NCBI GenBank assembly: GCA_965223905.1
Contig: CBDCXV010000009.1
Coordinates: 352,001 to 416,000 of the forward strand
DNA from: Candidatus Latescibacterota bacterium
Lineage (GTDB): Bacteria > Latescibacterota > UBA2968 > UBA8231
Direction: 5' to 3'
DNA: 64,000 nucleotides
The position numbers were made by a program, and so were the translations under genes. The notes beneath the pieces were generated by a model. That model searched no databases. It was not told the origin of the DNA and saw only the letters and a program-made list of their open reading frames with translations. Of this stretch, positions 48,353 to 61,415 are shown piece after piece. How positions within the stretch are numbered: position 1 is the first letter of the stretch; every line of letters begins with the position of its first letter.

Positions 48353-49024
48353 TCAGGGATTCAGGGAACCCACCCTGATCTTGGCCGAATTGCTGCCCTC
48401 CCCATCCAGGCTGATCCCCACCTGGAGTACGACGCCTCGATTGTACACGGTGACAGCGATTCCCCTTTCCTCGAGAATGCTGGAGAAACCGGCGAACCGC
48501 GCTTCGAGACCGCTGTGTCCGAGCTCCTGTATGGGGCATACGGCGCGTTGGACCGCGATCCCGCGCTTCTCTGCCTCGGCAAGAATAGCCTTTGCATTGG
48601 ACTGGCCGCCGAGGTACTCGCTGGCACCCACGTAGAACTGCGTGGGCAGCGCATTATCGCTCCCGGCATTGGGATCCGCCGTGTTGAGCACGAGAACGGG
48701 GATACCCTCCGCGTGCGCGCGCTCGACGCTCTCCCGGATCGTTTCCGGATCCGGGCAGGTAATTCCGATGCCATTGACCTTGTTTGCGATGGCATCGTCG
48801 AGGAAATCGGGCATATCCTCGATTGAAAAGGTGGGATTGCTCAGGCATTGCACGTCGACATCGTAGCGTTCGGCCGCGTCTTCCATGCCCTTGATCACCA
48901 CGTTCCAGAACGGATTTCCCGGCCCGCCATGCGTGACGAAAGCGAACTTGTAGCGTTCCTGGGCGACTGCGGGGTGCAGACAAGTGAATACAAGAAAAAG
49001 CGCGGGAATACAGCGAATAATCAT
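48353..49024 (-). pseudogene. Sugar ABC transporter periplasmic binding protein, 3'-truncated and orphan
   Basis: Signal peptide, FVTHG...NPFWNVVIKG, GIPVLVLN, YVGASEYLGG, LEARFAG; similarity ends near 48450; no permease or ATPase nearby. Confidence 0.75.
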
Positions 49025-49162
49025 TGGGAACTCCTGTCTCGAAATGATGGCTTCAGAGGGGGACGGAATGTCTCCCTTCAGGCGCTCTCGGGTCAAGATG
49101 CTGACCAACGGCGACCAGGGTTCGGGCCGACCACCGAGTCCCCGCCGGTCCGGGCCCGCGAC

Positions 49163-49192
49163 TTGTAAGGGCGAACGGTATTACCGTACACT
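49163..49192 (+). promoter_or_regulatory. Putative hig promoter/operator
   Basis: TTGTAA-18-TACACT with palindrome ACGGTA-T-TACCGT; ATG 6 nt downstream. Confidence 0.55.
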
Positions 49193-49234
49193 CAGAGCAT
49201 GTTTATCCGCACTGTTCACCACCGAGGACCGCCA

Positions 49235-49540
49235 ATGGCTACCGACGGCATCAAAGTGAACATGACCCCTTCTCATCCAGGTGATTTCATTCGTACGGAG
49301 ATCATCGAGGAGTTGGATCTGAACGTGACAAGGGCAGCCGAGATTCTGGGGGTTCGGCGGGCAACGCTTTCGGATTTACTGAACGGCCACGCTGTGCTGT
49401 CGCCTGAGATGGCACTGCGTATCGAGAAAGCCTTCGGCGTGGGTATGGACATGCTACTGAGGATGCAGGCCTGGTATGAGGCCTCGCAGATGCGCGCTCG
49501 TGAAAGCGAGATCAGCGTCCAGCGTTATGAACCTGCCTGA
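49235..49540 (+). CDS. higA: HigA family antitoxin (Xre HTH), orphan
   Basis: PSHPGDFIR.EII, AAEILGVRRATLSDLLNG, LSPEMALRIEKAFG, LLRMQAWY. Confidence 0.9.
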   Translation: MATDGIKVNMTPSHPGDFIRTEIIEELDLNVTRAAEILGVRRATLSDLLNGHAVLSPEMALRIEKAFGVGMDMLLRMQAWYEASQMRARESEISVQRYEPA

Positions 49541-49651
49541 CCGACATCGCTCCGGGCCATCGTGAGGTTTACGGAAGACCCCGGCAACAGAGGGAGATAT
49601 GCGCGTAACCAGGCCGGAACCCGGCCGTTTTGAAGCAAGGAGCAAAGGCAA

Positions 49652-50890
49652 TTGAAAGCCCGACCTGACCTCGTCCCCGAGACCGAGCGGGACCATCTGG
49701 AAGTCATTCAGCTCACGGATGAGTCGATTCCCTCATCGCATGTCTATATGGAGGCGCAGATCTTCACGCCCGATTCGCAGCGGCTGATCCTCCACCGCTC
49801 AGCGCACCCTCACGGCTCTGATCCGCAGGACCCCGAGCATCAGTTTCTGATTTGCAACCTGGCAGACAATTGCAGCCTGGCGCCGATCACCGCCGAGCCT
49901 GGAACGACGGGGCCGTCTATCTCACCAGATGGCGACTACCTGTACTACTTCGTCGATGAAACAGAGCCAGGAACAGACGGACGACTGACGCTGAAGCGGG
50001 TCGGGCTGGATGGGTTTGAACGCGAGATCGTCTACGTCCTGGATCACGCGATTCCGGGGACCGGTTTCAGGCTGAGCCGGCCGTATCCGCTTTCGACGAT
50101 TTCATCCGATGGCGGGCGCATCGCCATCTCGGGATTCCTCGGGGACGGCAACACCGCCGGGGCGCCCTGGGGTCTGCTCGTCTTCGAGATCGAAGAGCCA
50201 TCCGTGCGGTTGGTCGTGCACGGTCCCACCTGGTGCAACCTGCATCCGCAGTACACGCGTCAGACGGATCCCGCGGCTTCCCACGACATCATGATCCAGG
50301 AAAATCACGGGAATACCGTTTCAGCCGATGGCAGGCTGGAAAAGCTCGTCAGCGGGCTTGGCGCGGACATCCATCTGATCCGGGACGATGGCACGGATCT
50401 GCGCGACTTCCCCTGGGGCCGGGACGGGAACGAGTTCTGTCAGGGGCATCAGTGCTGGCAGGGGAGAAGCGACATTGCCATCACCAGCACCTCGACGCGC
50501 GAACCGGACGAAAGACAGCTCATCTCGGGCAGGGCGACCGCGCACGTCGGCGATGAAGGCATCAACACGCCGGGCGGCTGGCGCAACGATCTGTCCCGCT
50601 CCTTTGCCGGGCCCGATTTCTGGCATTTTGCAACGGACATGGACGGGACCCGTCTGATAACAGATGCGGGTCCGAAAGACGGGGGCGGCGCGGTCTGGCT
50701 GTTCGACCTTCCCGAGGAAGAGGAAGGTGCGCTCGCCAATGCGCGGAAGGTCGCAAACCCCGGATCGTCCTGGCAGAAGGACACCCACATCCATCCTTTC
50801 CTCTCGCCGGATGGAGGTTGGGGCTTCTTCAATTCCGATGAAAGTGGCGTGTTGCAGGCCTATATGGTGCGCGGCTGGGAAGTGACGTGA
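49652..50890 (+). CDS. TolB-like / oligogalacturonate-lyase-like beta-propeller protein
   Basis: HVYME.QIFTPDS, ISPDG repeats, HIHPFLSPDG..GFFNSD.SG..Q.Y. Confidence 0.65.
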   Translation: MKARPDLVPETERDHLEVIQLTDESIPSSHVYMEAQIFTPDSQRLILHRSAHPHGSDPQDPEHQFLICNLADNCSLAPITAEPGTTGPSISPDGDYLYYFVDETEPGTDGRLTLKRVGLDGFEREIVYVLDHAIPGTGFRLSRPYPLSTISSDGGRIAISGFLGDGNTAGAPWGLLVFEIEEPSVRLVVHGPTWCNLHPQYTRQTDPAASHDIMIQENHGNTVSADGRLEKLVSGLGADIHLIRDDGTDLRDFPWGRDGNEFCQGHQCWQGRSDIAITSTSTREPDERQLISGRATAHVGDEGINTPGGWRNDLSRSFAGPDFWHFATDMDGTRLITDAGPKDGGGAVWLFDLPEEEEGALANARKVANPGSSWQKDTHIHPFLSPDGGWGFFNSDESGVLQAYMVRGWEVT

Positions 50891-50925
50891 GAGAGTGGCA
50901 TTGATAACCGGCTGTTCTGCGGCTG

Positions 50926-51432
50926 TCAGCAGGTGTCCAGCAGTTTGCGGAGCGCGGCCTTTTCACGGGCATCGACGCTGAGTTTGTACTTCGTCTTCAC
51001 CCGGATGATGGTTCGTGCGAACCAGCATTTATTCCGTCTGGGTGACCAGCCGGCCGCATCCTTGTTGTATTTCCTTCGATTGACGCTCGGCAGGGCCAGA
51101 ACCAGGTTGTCCAGGTCCTGGGCAAACTGTTCGCGTCGAGCATAGGAAGCGCCGCACATACCAGAATCGTGGGCTTCGGACAGGGCCACTACGTGCTCGA
51201 TGTGGCTTTCGTTCAGGCTGGAGAACCGGTACCCGGTATAGCGGGAAACCCTTCCGTCCCGTTTTGCAATCAGGGGTTCAACAGATTGCGGGTAGTAGTA
51301 GTCGGACCGATCGTAGGAACTGCACCGGTATTCCGGCCTCACTGTCAGGGTGTTCAGCTTCCTGGTATCTGAGCAGGAATACCAGGCATAGACCAACAAC
51401 AGCAACACCAAGGCACATACCCAACGATTCAT
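50926..51432 (-). CDS. Exported HNH endonuclease family protein (DUF1524-like)
   Basis: Hydrophobic N-terminus; IEHVVALSEAHDSG, FAQDLDNL, VNRRK, VKTKYKLSVD. Confidence 0.8.
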   Translation of the reverse strand: MNRWVCALVLLLLVYAWYSCSDTRKLNTLTVRPEYRCSSYDRSDYYYPQSVEPLIAKRDGRVSRYTGYRFSSLNESHIEHVVALSEAHDSGMCGASYARREQFAQDLDNLVLALPSVNRRKYNKDAAGWSPRRNKCWFARTIIRVKTKYKLSVDAREKAALRKLLDTC

Positions 51433-51540
51433 CGCTTTTTGTACAAGAAGCCGAGCTGGTGATTCATCCTTTGCTTGAGTCTCCGCAGGACCTTCAGGTC
51501 AATTTCCGGATGGTCCAAGGTGGGTACATCGACTCCTTGT

Positions 51541-51954
51541 CTAACTGTGTATCCCGTCCAGTTCGGGCAAGAGTTTAACGCTCTCTTGTTCGTTGGGGTC
51601 CGTCCGGGCGATCACGGCAGTGCAGGTTTCGGTCTTGCTGGGATTGTAGGGAAGGTGAGGGATGCCGGCGGGGATGTAAATGAAGTCGCCGCTGTCGATG
51701 TCTGCATGTTCTTCCAGCCGCTCGCCATACCACATTCCAGCCTGGCCGCTGATGACATAAACAGCTGTCTCGTGGTTTTCGTGCAGGTGTGCCCTGGCTC
51801 GTTCTTCAGGAGGCATGTTCAGCAGGTGCATGCAAATCCCCTGCGAGCCGGTGTTCTCGGCGGCGATCCCCGCAATATAGGAGAGTGCCTGTTTGCCTTC
51901 GTAGGATTCCCGGCTGCGTATCACTTTGCAGGATGGGCTGGAGTGCTCTGACAT
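51541..51954 (-). CDS. Cupin domain protein
   Basis: AHLHENHETAVYVISG, GDFIYIPAGIPH, ARTDPNEQESV. Confidence 0.88.
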   Translation of the reverse strand: MSEHSSPSCKVIRSRESYEGKQALSYIAGIAAENTGSQGICMHLLNMPPEERARAHLHENHETAVYVISGQAGMWYGERLEEHADIDSGDFIYIPAGIPHLPYNPSKTETCTAVIARTDPNEQESVKLLPELDGIHS

Positions 51955-52182
51955 TGGTTTCCTCCGTGGATTTTGCAGATCAAAGACACCAGTCCGTCGA
52001 ACAGGTACTTCTGTGCCCGGCCGAGTTCCTCGTAGCTGGGGGTCTTCTGCCTCTCGGGATTGGCGATTTAGAAGGAGTTTTGTGCCCGCGCCGCCACCGT
52101 GTTGAAAATGGCGCGGTGGTCCAAGTCCGTCTTCACAATGGCCAAGTGCGTCCGAACTGCTTCGAGAGATAGGGAGTCACCA

Positions 52183-53349
52183 TCATTCGGGTTCTTCTCT
52201 CTGTGACTCGGGCCTTAAAGTCCTGAATCGCTGGGTGCGGTGGTACTCCAGTGGGGAAATGTGGCGGTCATCAACCAATCGCAAGCGCATCCCCTTGTGC
52301 ACCCCGAGGGCAGCCGCATCGGATCCGGACAAGGCTGGGGAGATGAGGATCTTCCCATTGTCGGCAAAGCTGATCATGCCCACCTCGAACAGCGCGTCCA
52401 TGTGGACAGCCAGCAGCAGTCCGTTGAACAGGTTGGTCCGGTCCTGGATGGATGCCTTCCGCCAGGGGATGATGTGGGCGGCGCGTACCAGGTCCGGGTC
52501 TGTCACCCCCGTCACTGCACAGCTTCCCCAGTGGTCGATGAGTGCATCTCTGAACCGGCCTTGGCCTATGCGAGCCTTCACCACCGCGTCGCGCTCCGTC
52601 GGTCCGAGCTCTTCGTAGTCCCGCACGTCAGGAAGCGCCCCATCCTCCTCCATCTGTCGCCCGATGATCCAGGCAAAGGAGTGGGCGTCAAGGGCCGTGA
52701 CTTCACAGTTCAGTTGTTCCGACAGCAGGGCTTGGAGTTCCAGCAGGATGGCGTTGAACTCCTGGTAGTTCACCCAGGAGCACTTGCCCCTCGCCGAGAA
52801 GTCGATGCCGAGGCGGGGGAGAGACCGTTCGAAGGTCTTGGGGGCGATGGGCAGGAACCGTGTTCGGTCCTTCAGGAACATCAGGTAGGCAAGGAGGGGA
52901 TAGTTCTTCCCGACAATCTCAACGAGATCCTCGAAAGCTTTCCGTGTGTCGCGGTCCCGGTAAAGCCTGAACAGGCAGGCTTCCACTTGGCTGCGTGCCT
53001 CGTCGGAACCAAGGGCAACGTAGAAAAGTTGGTGTGCACGTTTATTCTCACCGCGGCGGCGGTCCCACTGCACAAGGTTGTTGACGGGAATCTCGATTGC
53101 GCTGATAACGGCCTTCAGGATCTGGCCGGTACCGACAGAGGAAGTTTCCCAGTTTCCGAAGTTCAGTGCCTCGTTGCCGACCATGCTGACCTCGAGCTTG
53201 TAGCCTTCCTCCCGACGGATATAGGGGTTGGAGGCAAACGATTCGAAATGCATCCCGCACTTGCGCTCGACGAACTTGAGAAAGGCGTCCAGGTGCTTCT
53301 CGAACAGGTAGGGGTCGATTGAGTGATTGCTGGCGCTCAACGTAGTCAT
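52183..53349 (-). CDS. HNH endonuclease with N-terminal putative recognition domain (type IV restriction-like)
   Basis: ARIGQGRFRDAL, CAVTG, AAHIIPW, NLFNGLLL..HMDALFE.G.ISF. Confidence 0.85.
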   Translation of the reverse strand: MTTLSASNHSIDPYLFEKHLDAFLKFVERKCGMHFESFASNPYIRREEGYKLEVSMVGNEALNFGNWETSSVGTGQILKAVISAIEIPVNNLVQWDRRRGENKRAHQLFYVALGSDEARSQVEACLFRLYRDRDTRKAFEDLVEIVGKNYPLLAYLMFLKDRTRFLPIAPKTFERSLPRLGIDFSARGKCSWVNYQEFNAILLELQALLSEQLNCEVTALDAHSFAWIIGRQMEEDGALPDVRDYEELGPTERDAVVKARIGQGRFRDALIDHWGSCAVTGVTDPDLVRAAHIIPWRKASIQDRTNLFNGLLLAVHMDALFEVGMISFADNGKILISPALSGSDAAALGVHKGMRLRLVDDRHISPLEYHRTQRFRTLRPESQREEPE

Positions 53350-53637
53350 GGTCACTGCCCCTCGTATTGACTTCGACACTTGTATATGAAACTTCGTGGC
53401 TTTCCATCCCCAGGGAACGGATTCCGTGGGTCCGGGTCAAGGAGGGGGTTGCCATGCAGAAACCGCCGCCTGACCCCAAGCCCAGCAGGGGTGAATGTTA
53501 GCCGCGTGACGGGATCAGCGTCCGTTTCCCTACCTTCTTGGTGGTATCATTTCTGCCTCTTCATTTAATAGCACGCAGGGCCAAGAAACGCTGACCTCGC
53601 ATCCGGGGTTGGCCGTTCCCAATCGGAGAGCAGGTCC

Positions 53638-57099
<3,462 letters not shown>

Positions 57100-57183
57100 C
57101 GGTAACCGTCGATACCCTTTCCAGCATCGAATTCACGCCTTTTGGACCCGGCTCGCCGGGTCCAGCTCCCCTCACCGCACCGG

Positions 57184-57212
57184 TTGCTAGCGAGTAAGCA
57201 TTTACCTATACT
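57184..57212 (+). promoter_or_regulatory. Near-consensus sigma70 promoter
   Basis: TTGCTA-17 bp-TATACT, followed by an AGGGAG SD at 57226-57231. Confidence 0.7.
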
Positions 57213-57237
57213 GAAGGCATAACCTAGGGAGAGAATA

Positions 57238-57372
57238 ATGGCGGGGACGAAACGTATCGTACGGGAGGCACCCAAAAGGGGCACGGTAAAGATATCCACA
57301 ATTAAAAAGGCAGTTGCCAGTGTCAAGAAAAATAGGACGCAAGGTAGGAAGTCTACTCGCAAATCTAGATAA
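57238..57372 (+). CDS. Small very basic protein, 44 aa (not in ORF track)
   Basis: MAGTKRIVREAPKRGTVKISTIKKAVASVKKNRTQGRKSTRKSR*; has a promoter and SD; stop lies 2-5 nt before the next start. Confidence 0.62.
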   Translation: MAGTKRIVREAPKRGTVKISTIKKAVASVKKNRTQGRKSTRKSR

Positions 57373-57377
57373 GCGTG

Positions 57378-57992
57378 ATGGATATTGAGCACAATGCTGG
57401 GAACGTGTTCATCAATTGTCCGTTTGACAATGATTATTTGATACTCAGGAATGCTCTTCTATTTGCCATATTTGACTGCGGCTTCATCCCGCGATGTACT
57501 CTGGAGGAAGATGACAGCGGTAACGTGCGTTTTAACAAAATCCAGAAAATTATATCGGAGTGTCGGTTTGGCGTCCACGATATATCACGCACCGAACTAG
57601 ACCAAGAGACACAAACTCCACGTTTCAATATGCCCTTCGAATTGGGGGTATTCCTAGGCGCAAAGCTCTTTGGGAACAGGCAACAGAAAGGAAAGGTTTG
57701 TCTGGTTCTGGATCGCGAGGAATACCGATACCAAACCTTTATATCAGACATTGCCGGGCATGATATTCGTTCCCATGAAAACAAGCCTGAAATCGTCATA
57801 AGACATATACGAAACTGGTTAAACAACGCTTCGGGTAGAAAGACCATCCCGGGGGGGCAGGAGATTATTCGCAGGTGGAAGCGATTCGAGGCAGATTTGC
57901 CAGCTATGTGTAAGCAATCTGCCATTGAGGTTGATGAATTGACCTACAACGATCAGACTAACTTCATTTCCGAATGGCTGAGTGTAGAATAG
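57378..57992 (+). CDS. NDT/TIR-like Rossmannoid protein
   Basis: VFINCPFD, KI...I..C.FGVHDIS, RFNMPFELG (Glu at the NDT/TIR catalytic position), ISDIAG.DI; lower GC. Confidence 0.7.
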   Translation: MDIEHNAGNVFINCPFDNDYLILRNALLFAIFDCGFIPRCTLEEDDSGNVRFNKIQKIISECRFGVHDISRTELDQETQTPRFNMPFELGVFLGAKLFGNRQQKGKVCLVLDREEYRYQTFISDIAGHDIRSHENKPEIVIRHIRNWLNNASGRKTIPGGQEIIRRWKRFEADLPAMCKQSAIEVDELTYNDQTNFISEWLSVE

Positions 57993-58118
57993 TCATCCAT
58001 ATCACGTCTTTCGCTCGCGACACCAAGATGTTCATCCAAGGTGAAAAGGGTTCCGTCCCTTCCATCCTTCAGATAGCTACGGCCTTTTCCGGTCCTCCGT
58101 CTACCAAGTCCTTGTAGC

Positions 58119-58970
58119 TCAGCCGGCGTGTCCCTTCGCGGCTTGGAGGAACGCATCGGAAACCGCGTAACGGCGCAGGCGATCGGCAAGTACGAGCGCG
58201 ACGAATCCATGCCGAGCTCAGGAATCCTCATTGCGCTGGCCGATGCCCTTTCGGTCCCGGTGGACTACTTGGTCGGTAACTAGGAAATGGCTCTGGAAGC
58301 CGTCGAGTTCCGTAGAAAAAAGATCACGAGCAAGCGTGAAGAGGCGCAGGTCGAGGCAAAGGTCCTGCACTTGCTGGAGCGCTACCTCATGGTCGAGGAG
58401 TTTCTCGGACTGACCAGCGTCAACTGGGACAAGCCCCGGGGAGCCCCCTAGGCGCACGAGCTTGGACATCTGGTCCTGGAAGTAACCGCAAAAGTAGATG
58501 CCGAAAGGGCCGCCTTCCGTTTCGCCAGAGCATTCCTGATACCCGCCGAGGCCTTGTGGGCCTCCATGGGCAAGCACCGCACGTCCATCGGCTGGGGCGA
58601 ACTCTTCGACCTCAAACGGCTGTTCGGGGTGAGCGTCCAGGCACTCACCTATCGGTGCAAGGATCTTGGAATTTTCAGAGAAACCCTGTACCGGCGGCTG
58701 TTCAAGGACATCTCGCAATTGGGCTGGCGCACTCCGCCCTACCAGGAGCCCTTCGCCATGGAGCAGGAGATTCCCCGACGTTTCGAGCGCCTGTGCTTCC
58801 GTGCTCTGGCCGAGGGAGCAGTCTCCGAGGCCAAGGCTGCGGAGCTGCTGGAAATCTCGGCTCACGAACTGAACCAGCGCATGGAAGAGCCCCCGGACCT
58901 GGAAGAGTCGCCAGACCTGGAGTATGCGGGCAATGAAGGTGCTGGTTTCGGACACCTCCGTCCTGATTGA
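58119..58970 (+). pseudogene. XRE-HTH + ImmA/IrrE metallopeptidase, multiple stops and deletions
   Basis: SLRGLEERI..VTAQAIGKYERDESMP..ILIALADAL...*...*AHELGHLVL...LKRLFGVSVQALTYR...SEAKAAELL. Confidence 0.8.
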
Positions 58971-58972
58971 CC
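58933..58972 (+). pseudogene. 5' stub of a PIN-domain gene
   Basis: [13 protein letters not shown] overlaps the ImmA 3' end, then the similarity stops abruptly. Confidence 0.6.
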
Positions 58973-58990
58973 GGAGCAAGGAGAGGACAA

Positions 58991-59910
58991 CATCCACCGC
59001 AAGAAGCTCATCGAAGTCGCCCTGCCCCTCGACGCCTTCAACGCCGCGTCGGCGCGGGAGAAGTCGATCCGGCCCCGAGCACCCTGCATCTGTGGTGGCC
59101 GCGGCGCGGTCGGTGATCTTCGCGCAGATGGTGGACGATCCCTCGGACTGCCCCGAGGAGTTCCCCACCGAGGCGGCCCAGAAGCAGGAGCGCGGGCGGC
59201 TGTTCCGCCTCATCGAGGAGCTGGTCCGCTGGGAGAACACGACCAACCAGGAGCTGCTGGAACAGGCGCGGGCGGAGATCCGCAGGAGCTGGCGCCGCAC
59301 CTGCGCGGACAATGCCGGGCATCCGCGCTCCGCCAAGCTGTTTGACCCGGACAGGCTGCCGGCCTTCCACGATCCCTTCGCGGGCGGAGGCGCCCTGCCG
59401 CTGGAAGCGTAGCGCCTGGGGCTGGAGGCCCATGCCAGCGATCTCAACCTGGGGGCGGTGCTCATCAACAAGGTGATGATCGAGATCCCGCCGAAGTTCG
59501 CCGGCAGGCCGCCGGTCAACCCGGAAGCCCGGCCCGGCGGGTCGTCGGCCAAGGCGTCGCTGATCGAGCGCGGCTGGACCGGCGCGCAGGGGCTCGCCGA
59601 GGGCGTGCGCTACTACGGGCAGTGGATGCGCGACGAGGCGGAGCGGCGCATCGGGCATCTGTATCCGCCGGTGGAGGTCACCGCGGAGATGGTGCGGGAG
59701 CGGCCCGACCTCAAGCAGTACCAGGGCCGCAAGCTGACGGTGATCGCCTGGCTGTGGGCGCGCACGGTGAAGAGCCCGAACCCGGCCTTCGCCGACATGG
59801 AGGTGCCGCTGGCCTCGACCTTCATGCTGTCGACGAAGCGGGGCAAGGAGGCGTATGTCGAGCCGGTGATCGAGGGGCGCGGGTACCGGTTCGCGGTGAA
59901 GGTGCCATGA
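58991..59910 (+). pseudogene. DUF1156 adenine-specific DNA methyltransferase, degraded 5' part
   Basis: [57 protein letters not shown]; frameshifts, in-frame TAG and 3' truncation. Confidence 0.85.
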
Positions 59911-60539
59911 GCGCGACCGGCAACCCCGTTCTCACCATCGGCCATTCCAACCACGCCCAGGAATTCCTCATCGGGCTCCTTCGCCGGCACCATGTCACTG
60001 CCTTGGCGGATGTCCGCTCGGCGCCCTACAGCCGCTTCAATCCCCAATTCAACCGCGACGCTCTGGCTGCCGGTCTCAAGAAACATGGGATCGAGTATGT
60101 GTATCTCGGTCATGGGTTGGGCGGCCGCTCCGATGACCCTTCCTGCTACGAGAACGGGCGCGTCCGCTACGACCGTGTCGCCAGCACGGAGTCGTTCCGG
60201 CAGGGCCTCGGTCGCGTAGTTCACGGCGCAGCCGATAACCGCATCGTGCTCCTGTGTGCGGAGCGGGAACCGCTCGAATGTCACCGGACCCTCCTCGTCG
60301 CCAGGGCACTTGACGAGCGGGGTATCGAGGTCGCTCATATCCACGCCGATGGCGGACTGGAGTCTCATGGCGAGGCGATGGATCGTCTGCTCGACCGCTT
60401 CAACCTGCGTTCCGGCGACGATCTCTTCCGTGCGACTCAACCGCGGGAAAAGCTGGTTGCCGAGGCCGTTGAGCTTCAGGCAAAGCAGGTTGCCTTCGTG
60501 GACAAGAACCTGGCCTCAACTTTCGAGAAGTCTCCATGA
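59907..60539 (+). CDS. DUF488 domain protein
   Basis: [34 protein letters not shown]. Confidence 0.85.
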   Translation: MSATGNPVLTIGHSNHAQEFLIGLLRRHHVTALADVRSAPYSRFNPQFNRDALAAGLKKHGIEYVYLGHGLGGRSDDPSCYENGRVRYDRVASTESFRQGLGRVVHGAADNRIVLLCAEREPLECHRTLLVARALDERGIEVAHIHADGGLESHGEAMDRLLDRFNLRSGDDLFRATQPREKLVAEAVELQAKQVAFVDKNLASTFEKSP

Positions 60540-60973
60540 ACCTCTCTACCATCGGCTTCACCAGGAAACCGGCCCGCCGTTTCTTCGAGCTGCTGCGCCA
60601 GTCGGGCGCCAGGCGCGTCGTCGACGTGCGGCTCAACAACGGGTCGCAGCTCGCCGGTTTCACCAAGAAGGATGACCTCCCCTACTTTCTCGATAAGCTT
60701 TGCGGCATGGAGTACGTTCACCTTCCCGCGCTGGCCCCCACTAAGGAAATCCTCGACGACTACAAGAAGCGGAACGGCGATTGGGCGACTTACGAAGACC
60801 GCTTCCTCGCCCTCATGCGCGAGCGGCGGATCGAGGAGACGATCCCCAGGGAGATCGTCGCGGACGGTTGCCTCCTGTGCAGCGAGGACAAGCCCCACTA
60901 CTGCCACCGGCGGCTCGTTGCCGAGTACCTGAACCAGCATTGGGGCGGCATTGAGATCTCCCATCTCGGATAG
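60536..60973 (+). CDS. DUF488 domain protein (second, shorter type)
   Basis: TIGFT, DVRLNNGSQLAGF, LAPT, LLCSEDKPHYCHRRLVAEYL; ATGA overlap. Confidence 0.85.
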   Translation: MNLSTIGFTRKPARRFFELLRQSGARRVVDVRLNNGSQLAGFTKKDDLPYFLDKLCGMEYVHLPALAPTKEILDDYKKRNGDWATYEDRFLALMRERRIEETIPREIVADGCLLCSEDKPHYCHRRLVAEYLNQHWGGIEISHLG

Positions 60974-60982
60974 AAGCCTGGC

Positions 60983-61309
60983 ATGAATAAACCGGCCGTT
61001 GAAACTTTCATACCGACCATGGTGGACCGCATCGTGGAGGGCTTCCAGCCTGCACGGATCGTCCTCTTCGGCTCTCATGCACGGGGCACGGCTACCGAAT
61101 GGAGTGATGTGGACCTGCTCGTGATTCTGCCCAACGTGTCCGACAAGCGGGACACGGCAATCGAGATCCGCCGGACCTTGGGGGATCTGCCGGTCTGCAA
61201 GGACATAGTGGTAGCGACTCCGGAGGAAGTCACCCGCCGGGGCCACCTTGCCGGCACCGTGTTGCGTTCGGCACTTGGTGAAGGACGGGTCGTTTACGAA
61301 CGACCCTGA
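60983..61309 (+). CDS. Minimal nucleotidyltransferase (MNT antitoxin type)
   Basis: IVLFGSHARG...SDVDLLVI, DIVV.TPEE, EGRVVYE. Confidence 0.88.
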   Translation: MNKPAVETFIPTMVDRIVEGFQPARIVLFGSHARGTATEWSDVDLLVILPNVSDKRDTAIEIRRTLGDLPVCKDIVVATPEEVTRRGHLAGTVLRSALGEGRVVYERP

Positions 61310-61350
61310 AACCGTAGACGAAGCTCGCCGCTGGCTTCGTTTCACAAGTG
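61296..61350 (+). pseudogene. 5' stub of a HEPN toxin gene (ACG in place of ATG)
   Basis: (T)NDPETVDEARRWLRF resembles HEPN helix 1 and overlaps the MNT 3' end. Confidence 0.55.
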
Positions 61351-61415
61351 GATGGGCCACTCAGCTCAACATTCGCAGACTGGCTTCGGCAATTATTCAA
61401 GTGATGGAATGACCT

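Noticed and set aside
51960-52180. Minus-strand coding-like stretch with an internal TAA
   Set aside because: It may be a gene remnant, but no family is recognisable, so there is too little support for a call.
59622-59906. N-terminal extension of the first DUF488 ORF
   Set aside because: It is an alternative frame of the DUF1156 remnant; DUF488 similarity starts at ATG 59907.
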